Part shown: one piece after another, positions 37,193 to 47,874 of the stretch | How the letters are laid out: each line of letters starts with the position of its first letter | Numbering within the stretch: the first letter of the stretch is position 1 | Virus record (IMG/VR): IMGVR_UViG_3300028394_002328 | Coordinates: 248,001 to 312,000 of that record | Strand: one strand, 5' to 3' | DNA length: 64,000 bases | Notes under the pieces: generated by a model | What the model was told of the DNA's origin: nothing | The model's database searches: none | Seen by the model: the letters and a program-made list of their open reading frames with translations, nothing else | Position numbers and translations under genes: made by a program

Positions 37193-37725
37193 TGAAATAT
37201 TATTTTAAAGTTAATTTTTTAGAGACTAGGAAGTACACTGATTATTTTTTAAAATTAATTTCCTCGACAGTTTTTATTAATAACAGTGTTGCTTCGGTGT
37301 CATTTAATATTAATGATCCGATGATAAAAGAAATTTCTTCAACATTGAAAGAACTGCAATTACCTATGATTGGTCAATTTATATTTTTTAAACATCACCG
37401 TAATCAAGATATACACAAAGAAGATATCAGATGTAGTTTAAATTTGCCTTTAATAGGATATGAAAACTCATTGATGCATTTTTATCAAATTAATGCTTTA
37501 CCTATAAAGAAAAAAAGTGCTTATTATTATAAAGAAACTGATGAAAAAACAATAATAGAGACTTTACCAGGTACAAACGAATGGGTTTTGGTTGATTCTT
37601 CCGTACCACATTGCATTGTTAACAGCGATTTTAATAATCCTAGATGTACGATAGCCTTAAGATTTTTAGGAAACCCGACACTGGAAGAATTGAAATTTAA
37701 AATTGAACAATTACAGCAACATTAA
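37192..37725 (+). CDS. cupin/2OG-Fe(II) oxygenase-like protein
   Basis: HKE...SLNLP...VPHCIVN...R..IALRF. Confidence 0.5.
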   Translation: MKYYFKVNFLETRKYTDYFLKLISSTVFINNSVASVSFNINDPMIKEISSTLKELQLPMIGQFIFFKHHRNQDIHKEDIRCSLNLPLIGYENSLMHFYQINALPIKKKSAYYYKETDEKTIIETLPGTNEWVLVDSSVPHCIVNSDFNNPRCTIALRFLGNPTLEELKFKIEQLQQH

Positions 37726-39180
37726 TTTTTCATAATATTGATTTTTTAATATTACCGTTTTTTCATCTAATTTTTTACCAAATGATTCAAAAGTTAAAGT
37801 ATCATCTTGTAGAAATTTAAATAAATCTTCCATAGTATATCCTAAATTAAGAATTCTTCCTACCCAAGTAGCAGCGCCAAATTTATTTTTCTTTTGAACT
37901 CTTGGGTCGTTTCTAATATCTTTTACTAAAGCAACTGCTTCTTGAAAAGTCATATCATCATTTTCCCACGGACGATCCTTTTCTATTTTAAACCCGAATT
38001 TTTTAGGATCCCTATCTATTTTACTAGAATTTCTTCCATCTGGAGAGTCTCTAACAGTAAGAGGCAAAAATCCAAATACATCAAGAGGACAATCATCACT
38101 AACTAAGTAATCTACGCTAGCCAGTATACTTTCCCTACTTTCACCAGGAAGTCCGGCAATAAAAGTACTACTCGCAATAATATTATTTTTCCATAACTCA
38201 TTACAATAACTTAAAGTTTCTTTAATTCTATTTGGACCCAGTCCTTTACCTATTTTTTTACCTGCTTCTTCATTCAGTGTTTCTATTCCAAAGTGAAGAC
38301 TTTTTGCACCGCTTTCTAAAAGGAGTTCCCTCATCTCAGGAAACTTCCAAATTAAATCTAATCTCGCATAACTAGTATATGTTAATTTAAACGGTAATGT
38401 AGTTAACACACTATGTATGAATTCCATTTTAGGAACACTTTCATTGATTAGTTCATCAGTAAACATGTAATGAGTAGTGCCATATAGTTCATAATTTCTA
38501 AGTAATTCTGATTTTAAAGTTTCTCCATTTTTTTGCCAATCACCTGCTTTTTTACCTATCAGGTCAAATCTGCAAAATGCACAACTAAAAATACACCCTC
38601 TAGCTATTTCCACAGGTAGAGATTCACCATGGAAAATAATATCATGGGGTTCATATATAATTTGACTATGAGCAAATTGTTCTTGAGTATAAAAATAATC
38701 ATTTCCGTCAATGTAAATACATTGGTCCTTTTTCATTATTTTTATATCATCGCCGTCTTTAAGATGTCTAATCAATTTAATAATAACATTATCGGCTTTG
38801 TTTAATATAATGTAATCAGTTCCTGCCCAATAACAATAGTCAGTTAGTCTAGCACCACCTAAACAAATTTTAACTTTTGAGTTTTTAGATTTAGCATAAT
38901 TGGCTATATTAGTAAATTCTTCATTAGGTCTTCCAAAATTCAAAACTTTTCCGTTAATTCGTTTTTCCATTAGGGTAGCACCAAACCCCACTAATAAAGT
39001 GTCTTTAGTGACAAATTTATCTATGATTTTTTCTAATTGGTCATATTGATAAAAACTAAAAAGATCAACAACTTGACAAGTATAGCCATATTTTCGTATT
39101 TCAGTAGCTACTTTATAAGTACCTGCATATTTTCCATATCCATATGTGTCAGCAACGTCAGTAAATAATATTATCTGCAT
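37711..39180 (-). CDS. B12-binding-domain radical SAM enzyme
   Basis: EIARGCIFSCAFC, N-terminal cobalamin-binding-like domain, FGIETL, AGLPGE. Confidence 0.85.
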   Translation of the reverse strand: MQIILFTDVADTYGYGKYAGTYKVATEIRKYGYTCQVVDLFSFYQYDQLEKIIDKFVTKDTLLVGFGATLMEKRINGKVLNFGRPNEEFTNIANYAKSKNSKVKICLGGARLTDYCYWAGTDYIILNKADNVIIKLIRHLKDGDDIKIMKKDQCIYIDGNDYFYTQEQFAHSQIIYEPHDIIFHGESLPVEIARGCIFSCAFCRFDLIGKKAGDWQKNGETLKSELLRNYELYGTTHYMFTDELINESVPKMEFIHSVLTTLPFKLTYTSYARLDLIWKFPEMRELLLESGAKSLHFGIETLNEEAGKKIGKGLGPNRIKETLSYCNELWKNNIIASSTFIAGLPGESRESILASVDYLVSDDCPLDVFGFLPLTVRDSPDGRNSSKIDRDPKKFGFKIEKDRPWENDDMTFQEAVALVKDIRNDPRVQKKNKFGAATWVGRILNLGYTMEDLFKFLQDDTLTFESFGKKLDEKTVILKNQYYEKLMLL

Positions 39181-39249
39181 GTCATATTTCGATTGGTAAA
39201 AAGCCGTAGATAAATATACTTATCTACAGTAGCAGTTACAGATAATAAA

Positions 39250-39753
39250 ATGATAAAAATATTAGATCAAATTGAAGTAAGTAAAGTTTTAGAGGCATAT
39301 TATGCTCTAGAAAACGGGATAGTTTGGACTGGATATGGTCAGAATAGTAGACAGACAGGTCTTCAATATAAACTAAATGAGGATCCTTGGACAAGCGGTG
39401 TAGGTAAAAGTAAGGGACATGAGTTAGATTATGACATAATCAATCCCTTTTTTAAAGACACAATATTTGAAAATATTATTGAAAAGTATTCGTTAAAAAG
39501 AACTAGATTCATGTGGCTTGGGCCATATTCTTGTTATAGTATGCATAGGGATTATACGATAAGGATTCATGTTCCAATAATAACAAATCCAGACTGCTAT
39601 TTTGTTTTTAAATTAGGGGAAGTTATTCATTTGCCAGTTGATAGTGTTTACCAAGTTACTACTACTGAACTTCATACTTTTATTAATTGTTCCAATAGCT
39701 ATCGATTACATTTAATAGGAATACCAACATTTGCTAATATTAGGTCAAATTAA
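39250..39753 (+). CDS. aspartyl/asparaginyl beta-hydroxylase-like 2OG oxygenase
   Basis: CYSMHRD, RIHVPIITN, HTFIN, RLHL. Confidence 0.75.
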   Translation: MIKILDQIEVSKVLEAYYALENGIVWTGYGQNSRQTGLQYKLNEDPWTSGVGKSKGHELDYDIINPFFKDTIFENIIEKYSLKRTRFMWLGPYSCYSMHRDYTIRIHVPIITNPDCYFVFKLGEVIHLPVDSVYQVTTTELHTFINCSNSYRLHLIGIPTFANIRSN

Positions 39754-39758
39754 ATAAA

Positions 39759-40373
39759 ATGTTTACAACTAAAAGTGTTTTTGACCAAGACTATCACCTA
39801 AGTCATAAAGAACAATTATTGAATTATTTTATTGCGGCTTATCAGGAAAAAGATCATCCGGGACATATTAATATGTGGGATGAAAATTGGGAAGAAAAAA
39901 ATTTCACTTTACCTTATTTAATTTACAAAAGTGAAAGATTTAGAAATGGACACGGTGACATGCATATTATACTTGATGAGCAAGATAATATTATTGCCAA
40001 TGCAGGAGTCAACATATCTGATTTTGATCCTTTTGTAGCTTTATCCGGTGTTAGGTCTTGGATAAATAAAGAACATAGAACGCAACTATTAATTGGAAAA
40101 TATATCTTACCCATACAGTTGAGTTGGGCAAAAGAAAAAAATTTAAAGACTATTGCTATATCATTCAATGATTATAATAAAAATTTAATAAAACATATTA
40201 CAAGATCGGGTTTAGGAATTAAAAAAAGACGTGGTCCACATAGTATGTTTTACAATGGTCAATATGAAGTTGAGTTCCCAGTGACTATTAATTATACTAA
40301 ACAATGGGTAGTATACCACAAAATAGACGAAGATTATATCCCAAATTGGGAATTAATAAGGTATGTTGAATAA
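39759..40373 (+). CDS. GNAT-like hypothetical protein
   Basis: RSWINKEHR...ISFNDYN. Confidence 0.5.
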   Translation: MFTTKSVFDQDYHLSHKEQLLNYFIAAYQEKDHPGHINMWDENWEEKNFTLPYLIYKSERFRNGHGDMHIILDEQDNIIANAGVNISDFDPFVALSGVRSWINKEHRTQLLIGKYILPIQLSWAKEKNLKTIAISFNDYNKNLIKHITRSGLGIKKRRGPHSMFYNGQYEVEFPVTINYTKQWVVYHKIDEDYIPNWELIRYVE

Positions 40374-41131
40374 TGAAATATTTGGCCTCATCTGCACATA
40401 GTTTAAGTATAGTTCAATTATTATCTGTAATCCTAACTATAATAGGGTTCAACTATTTTGATTTTAATTTAGTAAATTGCTCCTTAATATTTTTAGGTTA
40501 TTTTATTTTTAGTGGTTTGGGTGTAAGCATGACATTGCATAGATACTACTCTCACAAATCATTCGAATTTAGATATACATGGTTGAAATGGTTATTTACT
40601 ATAGTAGCAGTATTAGCCGGACGAGGCAGCCCTGTTGGATGGGCTTATATACATCGATTACATCATAAATTTTCAGATACAGATAAGGATCCACATGGAG
40701 CTAAAACTGTAGGATGGAAAATAATATTCCCAAGTCTTGTAGAAAATTACAAAGATCCTATAGACAAAAAGGTTATCAAAGACTTCATGAATAAACCTCA
40801 TATACTAATAAGTAGGTATTACATGGGTTTTATAATATTATGGTCTGTTCTATTATTAATTCTGAGTCCTGCTATCTTTTATTTTTTGTATGTCATACCT
40901 GTGTTTTTGACTTTTGTAAGTCTAGATTTGTTTGTTTTATTAACACATAAATACGGGTACATTAGTCATAGTACCACCGACAACAGCAAAAATAATTGGT
41001 TTATATCATTGATTCTTTGGGGAGAGGGATGGCATAACAATCACCATAACAACCCAAGAAAATGGAATTTAAAAGAAAATTGGTGGGAAATAGATTTATT
41101 ATCATACTGCATAATGCTTGTAAAAAAATGA
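40373..41131 (+). CDS. delta-9-type fatty acid desaturase 1
   Basis: His boxes HRYYSH, HRLHH, GEGWHNNHH; WWEID. Confidence 0.92.
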   Translation: MKYLASSAHSLSIVQLLSVILTIIGFNYFDFNLVNCSLIFLGYFIFSGLGVSMTLHRYYSHKSFEFRYTWLKWLFTIVAVLAGRGSPVGWAYIHRLHHKFSDTDKDPHGAKTVGWKIIFPSLVENYKDPIDKKVIKDFMNKPHILISRYYMGFIILWSVLLLILSPAIFYFLYVIPVFLTFVSLDLFVLLTHKYGYISHSTTDNSKNNWFISLILWGEGWHNNHHNNPRKWNLKENWWEIDLLSYCIMLVKK

Positions 41132-41895
41132 GTAAACTTATCTCTAACAATACTCTAGTAACCCAACTATTTTTAATTATAGCAATTATAGGGGGAATCA
41201 TTGGGCTCTATAACTATGAACTGACTGTAGACCACATGATGTTAATTGTTACTGGGTATTTTTTATATAGTTGCTTAGGCATAGTAATAACATTTCATAG
41301 GCAATTGACTCACCAAAGTTATAATACGTATCCTATACTAACTAAAGTCTTTAGTTTTTTAGGTTGTATGGCCAATACAGGAAGTTCAATATCTTGGGTT
41401 GCTACGCATATTAAACATCATTTACATTCTGATAAACCAGGCGATCCTCATAGTCCATGGATTTCAAAATGGAAAATATTCCTTCTTAATTACCCCAGTG
41501 ACAGTGGAATAAAATGGAGAATGCGTAAACTTATCAGTGACCCTTTTCATTTATTTTTGCATAAATATTATAATCTCTTGATAGTATTATATAGTTCAGT
41601 GTTGTTTATATTAGGAGGTTGGAAATTAATGATATTTTTACATTGGATACCAACTGTAGTAGTAGCGGTAATGAGCAATGTTGTAAACTATGCGGGACAC
41701 AAAGATAACTGGTATGGATCATATAAAAACTTTAAGTTAAATGACCATAGTGCGAACAGTTGGGTATTCGCTATACCAAGCTGGGGTGAAACTTGGCACA
41801 ACAATCATCATAGATATCCAAGAAATTATACCACTAGATATAATTGGTACGAATTAGATATATCTGGGCTAATTATTAAACTTATTAAAAAATAA
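41128..41895 (+). CDS. delta-9-type fatty acid desaturase 2
   Basis: HRQLTH, HIKHH, GETWHNNHH. Confidence 0.92.
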   Translation: MSKLISNNTLVTQLFLIIAIIGGIIGLYNYELTVDHMMLIVTGYFLYSCLGIVITFHRQLTHQSYNTYPILTKVFSFLGCMANTGSSISWVATHIKHHLHSDKPGDPHSPWISKWKIFLLNYPSDSGIKWRMRKLISDPFHLFLHKYYNLLIVLYSSVLFILGGWKLMIFLHWIPTVVVAVMSNVVNYAGHKDNWYGSYKNFKLNDHSANSWVFAIPSWGETWHNNHHRYPRNYTTRYNWYELDISGLIIKLIKK

Positions 41896-41897
41896 AA

Positions 41898-42410
41898 ATG
41901 GATTATTCAGATTATTTTACAATATTAAACATAGATTTTCCAGTAAGGGAAAAACTGTATCATGAATTAAATTATGCTATTTCAAAAAATTTATTTTATA
42001 TCAGTCCTACTGAACAAGTGCGATATAATATAAACAAAGATTTAAGAAAAGAAATACAAGATATAATGCCGTTTAAAATTAGTGATTGTGGATTTTTTAA
42101 AAATGTTCCAAATTGGACCTATCCAGTTCATATTGATGGGCAAAGACTTTTTGCAGTTAATATGTTAATGGTAGATGATCATGATGATTTTGAGGTAGTA
42201 TTTTATGTAGATGATTCTAGTTTAGCAAATGATATTGATGGCACTGATAAAGAAAAATTTCGCATCCCTTATGCAAAAGACCAACTTGTATTACTAAACA
42301 CTAAGAAATATCATTCCGTGAGAAATATAAGTAACACTACAACAAGATATCTATTATCTATTGGTAATATAGATACTGGCTATCATGAAATTAAAAATAA
42401 ATTTATTTGA
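41898..42410 (+). CDS. cupin/2OG-Fe(II) oxygenase-like protein
   Basis: VHID...YHSVRN...RYLLSI. Confidence 0.6.
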   Translation: MDYSDYFTILNIDFPVREKLYHELNYAISKNLFYISPTEQVRYNINKDLRKEIQDIMPFKISDCGFFKNVPNWTYPVHIDGQRLFAVNMLMVDDHDDFEVVFYVDDSSLANDIDGTDKEKFRIPYAKDQLVLLNTKKYHSVRNISNTTTRYLLSIGNIDTGYHEIKNKFI

Positions 42411-43314
42411 TATTTAAATCGTTAAGAATTTTTTGATGCTGTTTTAAGAATTTTATACTTTCAATTTTAGCAGCCTCACCAAATATGCCAATTGGGATAG
42501 ACCCTTTACTTAGCATATCTCTTCTAGTCTCTGCTGAATTCATTTCAGTTTGAAAGTCATTGATAATTTTTTCTTTAACAGATAAAGGTAATGACTTATC
42601 AACAACTACCCCTAAAGTTAATTGCGTTGGAAATTTTTCTTTATACTCTTCGACCCAAGTATTAACCTTTACACCCGTAAAAGAAATATCGTGAGTAGAA
42701 ATTATTAAATTTATTTTGTCATTATTGATGAAAGAGAGTATTGTAGGTAAATTTGCAAAATAGCAATCTACATGTCCTCCCAACAAATCAAGTGTTGGTT
42801 TATTTCCACCCGTAATATAGTTAACTATTTGATGATCTTTGTTTATTTTATTAAAAAATATTTTAGAAGTTATTTCTTCTACCCCGTTAACAGCGGTACT
42901 TGCAAAATTCAAATCCTTTTTATAATTTGATATATCACGAACATTTTTAAATCCCAAATCTGTCCTACATGCTAATACAGCCGGACTTGATGCAATTAAT
43001 CCAATTATCTCAAGGTCATCTACATTGTAAATTAAATTTTCCTTATATATAATTTTATTAGTAACAAATGTATTTTCCATGACAACGAATGACATAGATT
43101 TTTTTTCTTGCATTTCTCGTATACCAAGCTGACCGTTTGCCCCTGGTTTATTAGTAACCATATAATTTAATGATAACTTATTTTTTATCAATGCTCTAGC
43201 TATAATATCAGTATTACCACCAACCGCATACCCAACAATTAGTTCTTGTTGACGATTAGCAAAGCTATTTGTTATTAACCCAAAAATTAAAACTAATTTA
43301 ATTAGAACTTTCAT
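42403..43314 (-). CDS. Bug/TctC substrate-binding protein (divergent)
   Basis: VGYAVGGNTDIIAR, NKPGANG, DLLGGHVD. Confidence 0.85.
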   Translation of the reverse strand: MKVLIKLVLIFGLITNSFANRQQELIVGYAVGGNTDIIARALIKNKLSLNYMVTNKPGANGQLGIREMQEKKSMSFVVMENTFVTNKIIYKENLIYNVDDLEIIGLIASSPAVLACRTDLGFKNVRDISNYKKDLNFASTAVNGVEEITSKIFFNKINKDHQIVNYITGGNKPTLDLLGGHVDCYFANLPTILSFINNDKINLIISTHDISFTGVKVNTWVEEYKEKFPTQLTLGVVVDKSLPLSVKEKIINDFQTEMNSAETRRDMLSKGSIPIGIFGEAAKIESIKFLKQHQKILNDLNIK

Positions 43315-44452
43315 TTTTCATTTTTCCTACTCTGTAAATTTTTTTAAATGATACGAGGCCCTCAGGACCGTTGTCATTTGTATACACATATTTACTAGCC
43401 ATTTTAACCATAGAGTTTATTCCCTCTTTCCAAATTTGGTAGGCTCTAGATTCTGTATGGTTGATTAAAAACCAATGGTCATACTCTCTATTCCAATCTA
43501 AGATTGGCTTATCAGCTTGAAACCAATTATTATTCCAAGTTGAATAAATTATATTTCTCAGCATTTTCTCATGAATAAGATTATAAACTTTAGTACCAAT
43601 TGGTACAGTCCAAATTTTTTGATGTACAGGATTTAACTCTAAGTATTTTTTAATAACATGTGCTTGTTTACATATTATTTCAAATGCATTTGGGTTCCAG
43701 TAAAAATACTCTACTGTTGCATTATCATATCCTTGAAGGTAATTTTCTACCCCCGAATTAGTAGCTCTATCGGTAAAACCAACAACAAAATCATTAAATT
43801 TATTAATAGCAGATCTAGGTTTACATACACCTAATATTACACCAATTTTTTGATTTTTATCTAAAACTTTTCTTACATCATCAATAGCAGCAATATCCCA
43901 CCTGACCCCACTGACCGGGCTTAGTAATTCTCTCCGATTTTCAATCCATCCATCGTCATTGCTTTTTAAATAAGAATCAAAGACATGGTCAGTTAAATCC
44001 GATACCGTAATTTTTATATCAGGATATAAATTGTGAATATCTTTCAGCCTCGGTATTGTTTGTAAAACATGCTCAGAATATAATGAATTGGATGAAGATT
44101 GATCGTTTTTATCTAAGTTTTTTACTGAAACTGTTCCTTTTTCAAAATGAATAACTAGCAGTTCATCAACCTTTAAATTTTGACGAAGGAAGCTAGTTAA
44201 CAAATTATGTGAGTCTGCTCCACCACTATATAGAATTATAATATAATCATATTTTTCCCGCAATTCCTTGGCTCTTTTGTCATATAACTCATCAAGAGTT
44301 TGGTTAGGTTCTACTGTCCAATCAAATTTATCAAAAGCATTGTCATAAAACGCCCATTCTACTTCTTGATTAGTTTCGGTAGCATGAATGCAAGCTAAAA
44401 TTTTATTAGTAAATGTTTTAGATCCTACACGGTAGTAGCTGTTATTTTTCAT
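43298..44452 (-). CDS. PP-loop adenine nucleotide alpha-hydrolase-like enzyme
   Basis: LYSGGADS. Confidence 0.7.
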   Translation of the reverse strand: MKNNSYYRVGSKTFTNKILACIHATETNQEVEWAFYDNAFDKFDWTVEPNQTLDELYDKRAKELREKYDYIIILYSGGADSHNLLTSFLRQNLKVDELLVIHFEKGTVSVKNLDKNDQSSSNSLYSEHVLQTIPRLKDIHNLYPDIKITVSDLTDHVFDSYLKSNDDGWIENRRELLSPVSGVRWDIAAIDDVRKVLDKNQKIGVILGVCKPRSAINKFNDFVVGFTDRATNSGVENYLQGYDNATVEYFYWNPNAFEIICKQAHVIKKYLELNPVHQKIWTVPIGTKVYNLIHEKMLRNIIYSTWNNNWFQADKPILDWNREYDHWFLINHTESRAYQIWKEGINSMVKMASKYVYTNDNGPEGLVSFKKIYRVGKMKNESSN

Positions 44453-44497
44453 ATTATGTATTTATTGAGTAAATAATAGTAGTTTATATTTCATCGA

Positions 44498-45679
44498 ATG
44501 AATCCAAAAACCTGTATGTTTCCTTTCACTTCATTGAGTGTGTCGCCCCGAGGCGCAATCAGACCATGCTGCATGTATAATAGTCCTGATATGCCCACTT
44601 GGGAAAATATCAAAGACTTAACATCGGAAGTACCATGGCCTAGCAAATCTATTAAGATACTTCAAGAAAAAATGTTGAGTGATCGCATAGAAGAATTAAC
44701 TCCATTGTGCAACTCTTGTTGGGAACCTGAAAATGCAGGACTTGATAGTCATAGATTAAGATACCAAAGATTATTAGCACTTCCAAATGAAGAGTTAATT
44801 AAAACCCCTAAACTAACATTTTTAGATTTACAGTTTGGATACTTATGTAATTTAAGTTGTATTATGTGCCATCCCGAAGAAAGTTCACAGGTTCAAAAAA
44901 CAATTTTCAAATTAATAGACAATACTTCAAATACTAAACAAAAAAAAATTTACCAATCTAAGGTAAATTTATATGACAACCATGATTGGACTGTAGATGA
45001 AAATTCGTATCAAAAAGTTTTGGAATTATGCCAGCCTGTCAAGAATATTAAAATATCAGGGGGAGAGCCATTTTTTAATCCAAAATTTAAACCTTTCTTA
45101 GAATTTTTATTATCAAAAAAAGTTCCAATTGAATACTTGCATGTGACCACAAATTTAACTATATACGATAAAGACATTGTTGAACTGTTAAATAGATTTA
45201 CTAATGTTAGATTTAGATTCAGTTTAGAATCAATAGGTAAAGAAGATGACTTTATAAGATGGCCTAGCAGATGGGAGGAAAAACAAGAAAATTTACATGC
45301 ATATTTAAGTCAGTTACACACAAAAAACATTGTTTCTAGTACATGCATCCAAAGTTTAAATCTATTTTCTTTTTCAAATACTATTAAATTCTTGAAAAAT
45401 TTACGTTATAATATCAATATTCAACAACAAATTGCTGAAAATTCATTAGCTGGGATTTATTACTCCGACAAACAATATATTGAACACTACTTAAAAAATA
45501 ATGAAGCTAATTTTATATCTAAGTATTTAGAAAATATTATAACCCATATCAATGATCCTTCATTTCAAGTTAATTATTTTCTAGATATGGCCAAACTACA
45601 AAATAAAAATATACAAAACGAATTTCCAATTTGGTATGAGTTTCATACCAAATATATTAGAGATTCAAATTCAACGTAA
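44498..45679 (+). CDS. radical SAM enzyme with N-terminal twitch/SPASM-like domain
   Basis: CMFP..RPCC..CNSCW; CNLSCIMC; SGGEP. Confidence 0.88.
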   Translation: MNPKTCMFPFTSLSVSPRGAIRPCCMYNSPDMPTWENIKDLTSEVPWPSKSIKILQEKMLSDRIEELTPLCNSCWEPENAGLDSHRLRYQRLLALPNEELIKTPKLTFLDLQFGYLCNLSCIMCHPEESSQVQKTIFKLIDNTSNTKQKKIYQSKVNLYDNHDWTVDENSYQKVLELCQPVKNIKISGGEPFFNPKFKPFLEFLLSKKVPIEYLHVTTNLTIYDKDIVELLNRFTNVRFRFSLESIGKEDDFIRWPSRWEEKQENLHAYLSQLHTKNIVSSTCIQSLNLFSFSNTIKFLKNLRYNINIQQQIAENSLAGIYYSDKQYIEHYLKNNEANFISKYLENIITHINDPSFQVNYFLDMAKLQNKNIQNEFPIWYEFHTKYIRDSNST

Positions 45680-46373
45680 AGTTTGGATTTAGTGCGTGAA
45701 GATATTCGTAAAATGCATCATTTAATTTTGAATCCCGTTTTCTAAATGTAATAACTAATGCAATTCTTTTACCTGTTAAAAAATTAGCTCCATGAATAAT
45801 ATCGGTTCTAAAATAATACCAGGTTTTAGGTTTTAAAATCGTACTAGTTATTTCTTTATAACCTCTTATATCCCGTATATTTTTCATTGTTTCATGTTTA
45901 TATAACGAGCTATTTGGATCATGATACCAACTTGTAATAATATTTTCACCGCCCAAATCTATAAAATATATAAGTTCACCGGCTCTTCCTTTATCAACAT
46001 GGGGGGTTTGCCAACCATTTTTTTCCGTGGATTTGGGCCATGTTGTTTGAAGATGAATCATCCAATCGTCTCCGACCGAATCTTTATCCCCATTATATTT
46101 AAATTCAGAAAGTAAAGGAAAAGTGTTTTTAGACCATTCAATCATAGGTTCTAATTCATTTGGATGTAGCTTATGATGTAAGAAATAAGCGACATTTGTA
46201 ATTCTTCCATCATCAGTATCAACATATGGTCTTCTATCAGGATCATTTATTTGATCTAATTCACTAGCTACTACTCGTTGCGGATCAGGTTCATAGTTTT
46301 TAGGAACAGGAGTCTCTAAATTTCGATTCCCTAAGTTCATATCCATATAGCAAAGAATTTTAGAATAGTCCAT
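45657..46373 (-). CDS. 2OG-Fe(II) oxygenase-like protein
   Basis: PHVD...IIHG...RIAL. Confidence 0.6.
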   Translation of the reverse strand: MDYSKILCYMDMNLGNRNLETPVPKNYEPDPQRVVASELDQINDPDRRPYVDTDDGRITNVAYFLHHKLHPNELEPMIEWSKNTFPLLSEFKYNGDKDSVGDDWMIHLQTTWPKSTEKNGWQTPHVDKGRAGELIYFIDLGGENIITSWYHDPNSSLYKHETMKNIRDIRGYKEITSTILKPKTWYYFRTDIIHGANFLTGKRIALVITFRKRDSKLNDAFYEYLHALNPNFTLNLNL

Positions 46374-46412
46374 TTTGTCTCATAAATATCTATTTATTAT
46401 AAGAGAAGTTGA

Positions 46413-47357
46413 ATGTTTTTTACTGGCCATAATAATTGGTATCAATGGGGATATGACAATTCAAATTGGTTAGGGCGACGGACATCAATAGATCAGACAT
46501 TTTGTAGTAGATATGTCATTGACAAAATAAAATCAATGACATTTGCAGAAGCTTTGGATTATAACTTAAAGACCTTTGTTAATGACTTTCCAAATGAAAA
46601 ATATGCTTTATTATTATCTGGAGGATCAGAAAGTGAAACGGTATTTCGAACATTTATAAAAAATAAAGTTGACTTTACTCCATATATTTTTCGTTATGAA
46701 AACGACATAAACATTTACGATGTATCATACGCTATTACACTGTGCGAATCACATGAGAAAAAATATAGGTTAATTGATCTAAATTTAAAAAAATTTTTTG
46801 AACATGGTGCCGAAAAAATAAGCGAATATGCTCAAATTGACAACCCCCGTTTGTTACCACAATTAAAGTTTTTAGATTATATTGATGAAATGCCAATTGG
46901 CTGTCACGGTGAACCGAGCTGGCATAGGCTTAATCATAGTTACGAAGAGCCTGGTATATGGGTTAATTCTGAATTTGAATTTGAAATGGGATGGGACAAA
47001 TATATTCAACGCACCAATCGAACATCTATAATGTTATGGTTTAAATATACCCCCGAACTTGCATTAGCATATAACCAAACACCGTGGATTAATACGTTAA
47101 TAAATGACGGATTTTATGGTAAGCTTGGGCCTAGAAGTACAAAAATTCAAGCATATAAACAAGTTTACCCTGAAATGCTTTTTAGAAAAAAACAAACCGG
47201 ATTTGAAAAAATTGAATTCGTTATTGACGAATTTGAAAAATTTTTATATCAAAAGTATAATGGATTTTTATACCGAGGAATAGTACAACGATCTAGAGAG
47301 GAAGTTTTTAAAATATTATTGAAAAATGTAAATACTTTTATGACGTTACTGCCGTAA
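46413..47357 (+). CDS. PP-loop-like enzyme
   Basis: LLSGGSESE; C-terminal RKKQTGFE reminiscent of the asparagine synthetase family. Confidence 0.6.
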   Translation: MFFTGHNNWYQWGYDNSNWLGRRTSIDQTFCSRYVIDKIKSMTFAEALDYNLKTFVNDFPNEKYALLLSGGSESETVFRTFIKNKVDFTPYIFRYENDINIYDVSYAITLCESHEKKYRLIDLNLKKFFEHGAEKISEYAQIDNPRLLPQLKFLDYIDEMPIGCHGEPSWHRLNHSYEEPGIWVNSEFEFEMGWDKYIQRTNRTSIMLWFKYTPELALAYNQTPWINTLINDGFYGKLGPRSTKIQAYKQVYPEMLFRKKQTGFEKIEFVIDEFEKFLYQKYNGFLYRGIVQRSREEVFKILLKNVNTFMTLLP

Positions 47358-47664
47358 CTAATTGATGCGTAATATTATTTTCCAAACAATAAGCGTCTAT
47401 TAAAGATTCAAATCTTGCCAAACCTAAAGGATCCGATTTAAAGTTTAGATATTGCTCTTCACTTTGCCAAATATTATGCATAGTAAGAGTTAGATTATCT
47501 TCTGAATATTCAAACTGTGAGGTTAACCAAAACATAGTCTGTACATAATTATTACTAAAGTTTATACAGTATTCAATTTCCTCCGGTGAAGAAAATGACC
47601 ATTGTGGTATATAAAAATTTACTGAAGTGCTAGGTCTTACTTGAGTTCTTGTCACAGTGTACAT
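47338..47664 (-). CDS. small hypothetical protein
   Basis: GGAG SD, TAAATA upstream. Confidence 0.7.
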   Translation of the reverse strand: MYTVTRTQVRPSTSVNFYIPQWSFSSPEEIEYCINFSNNYVQTMFWLTSQFEYSEDNLTLTMHNIWQSEEQYLNFKSDPLGLARFESLIDAYCLENNITHQLVTAVTS

Positions 47665-47736
47665 ACTATTCTCCCATTATAATGTATTTATTATAATTAG
47701 AATTAAACCTTTGGTAACCAAAGGTTTAATAGTCCA

Positions 47737-47874
47737 TCACAGAAGTTCGTAGTCCTGTTTACCTACTCCACATTCAGGACAAGCAAAATCATCAGGTAAA
47801 TCTTCCCAATGACCTTCTAGTTCTTCATTGTGGACATGACCACATACGATACAAACGTGTTCTTGATTAGCCAT
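47737..47874 (-). CDS. rubredoxin (not in ORF track)
   Basis: MANQEHVCIVCGHVH...WEDLPDDFACPECGVGKQDY. Confidence 0.9.
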   Translation of the reverse strand: MANQEHVCIVCGHVHNEELEGHWEDLPDDFACPECGVGKQDYELL

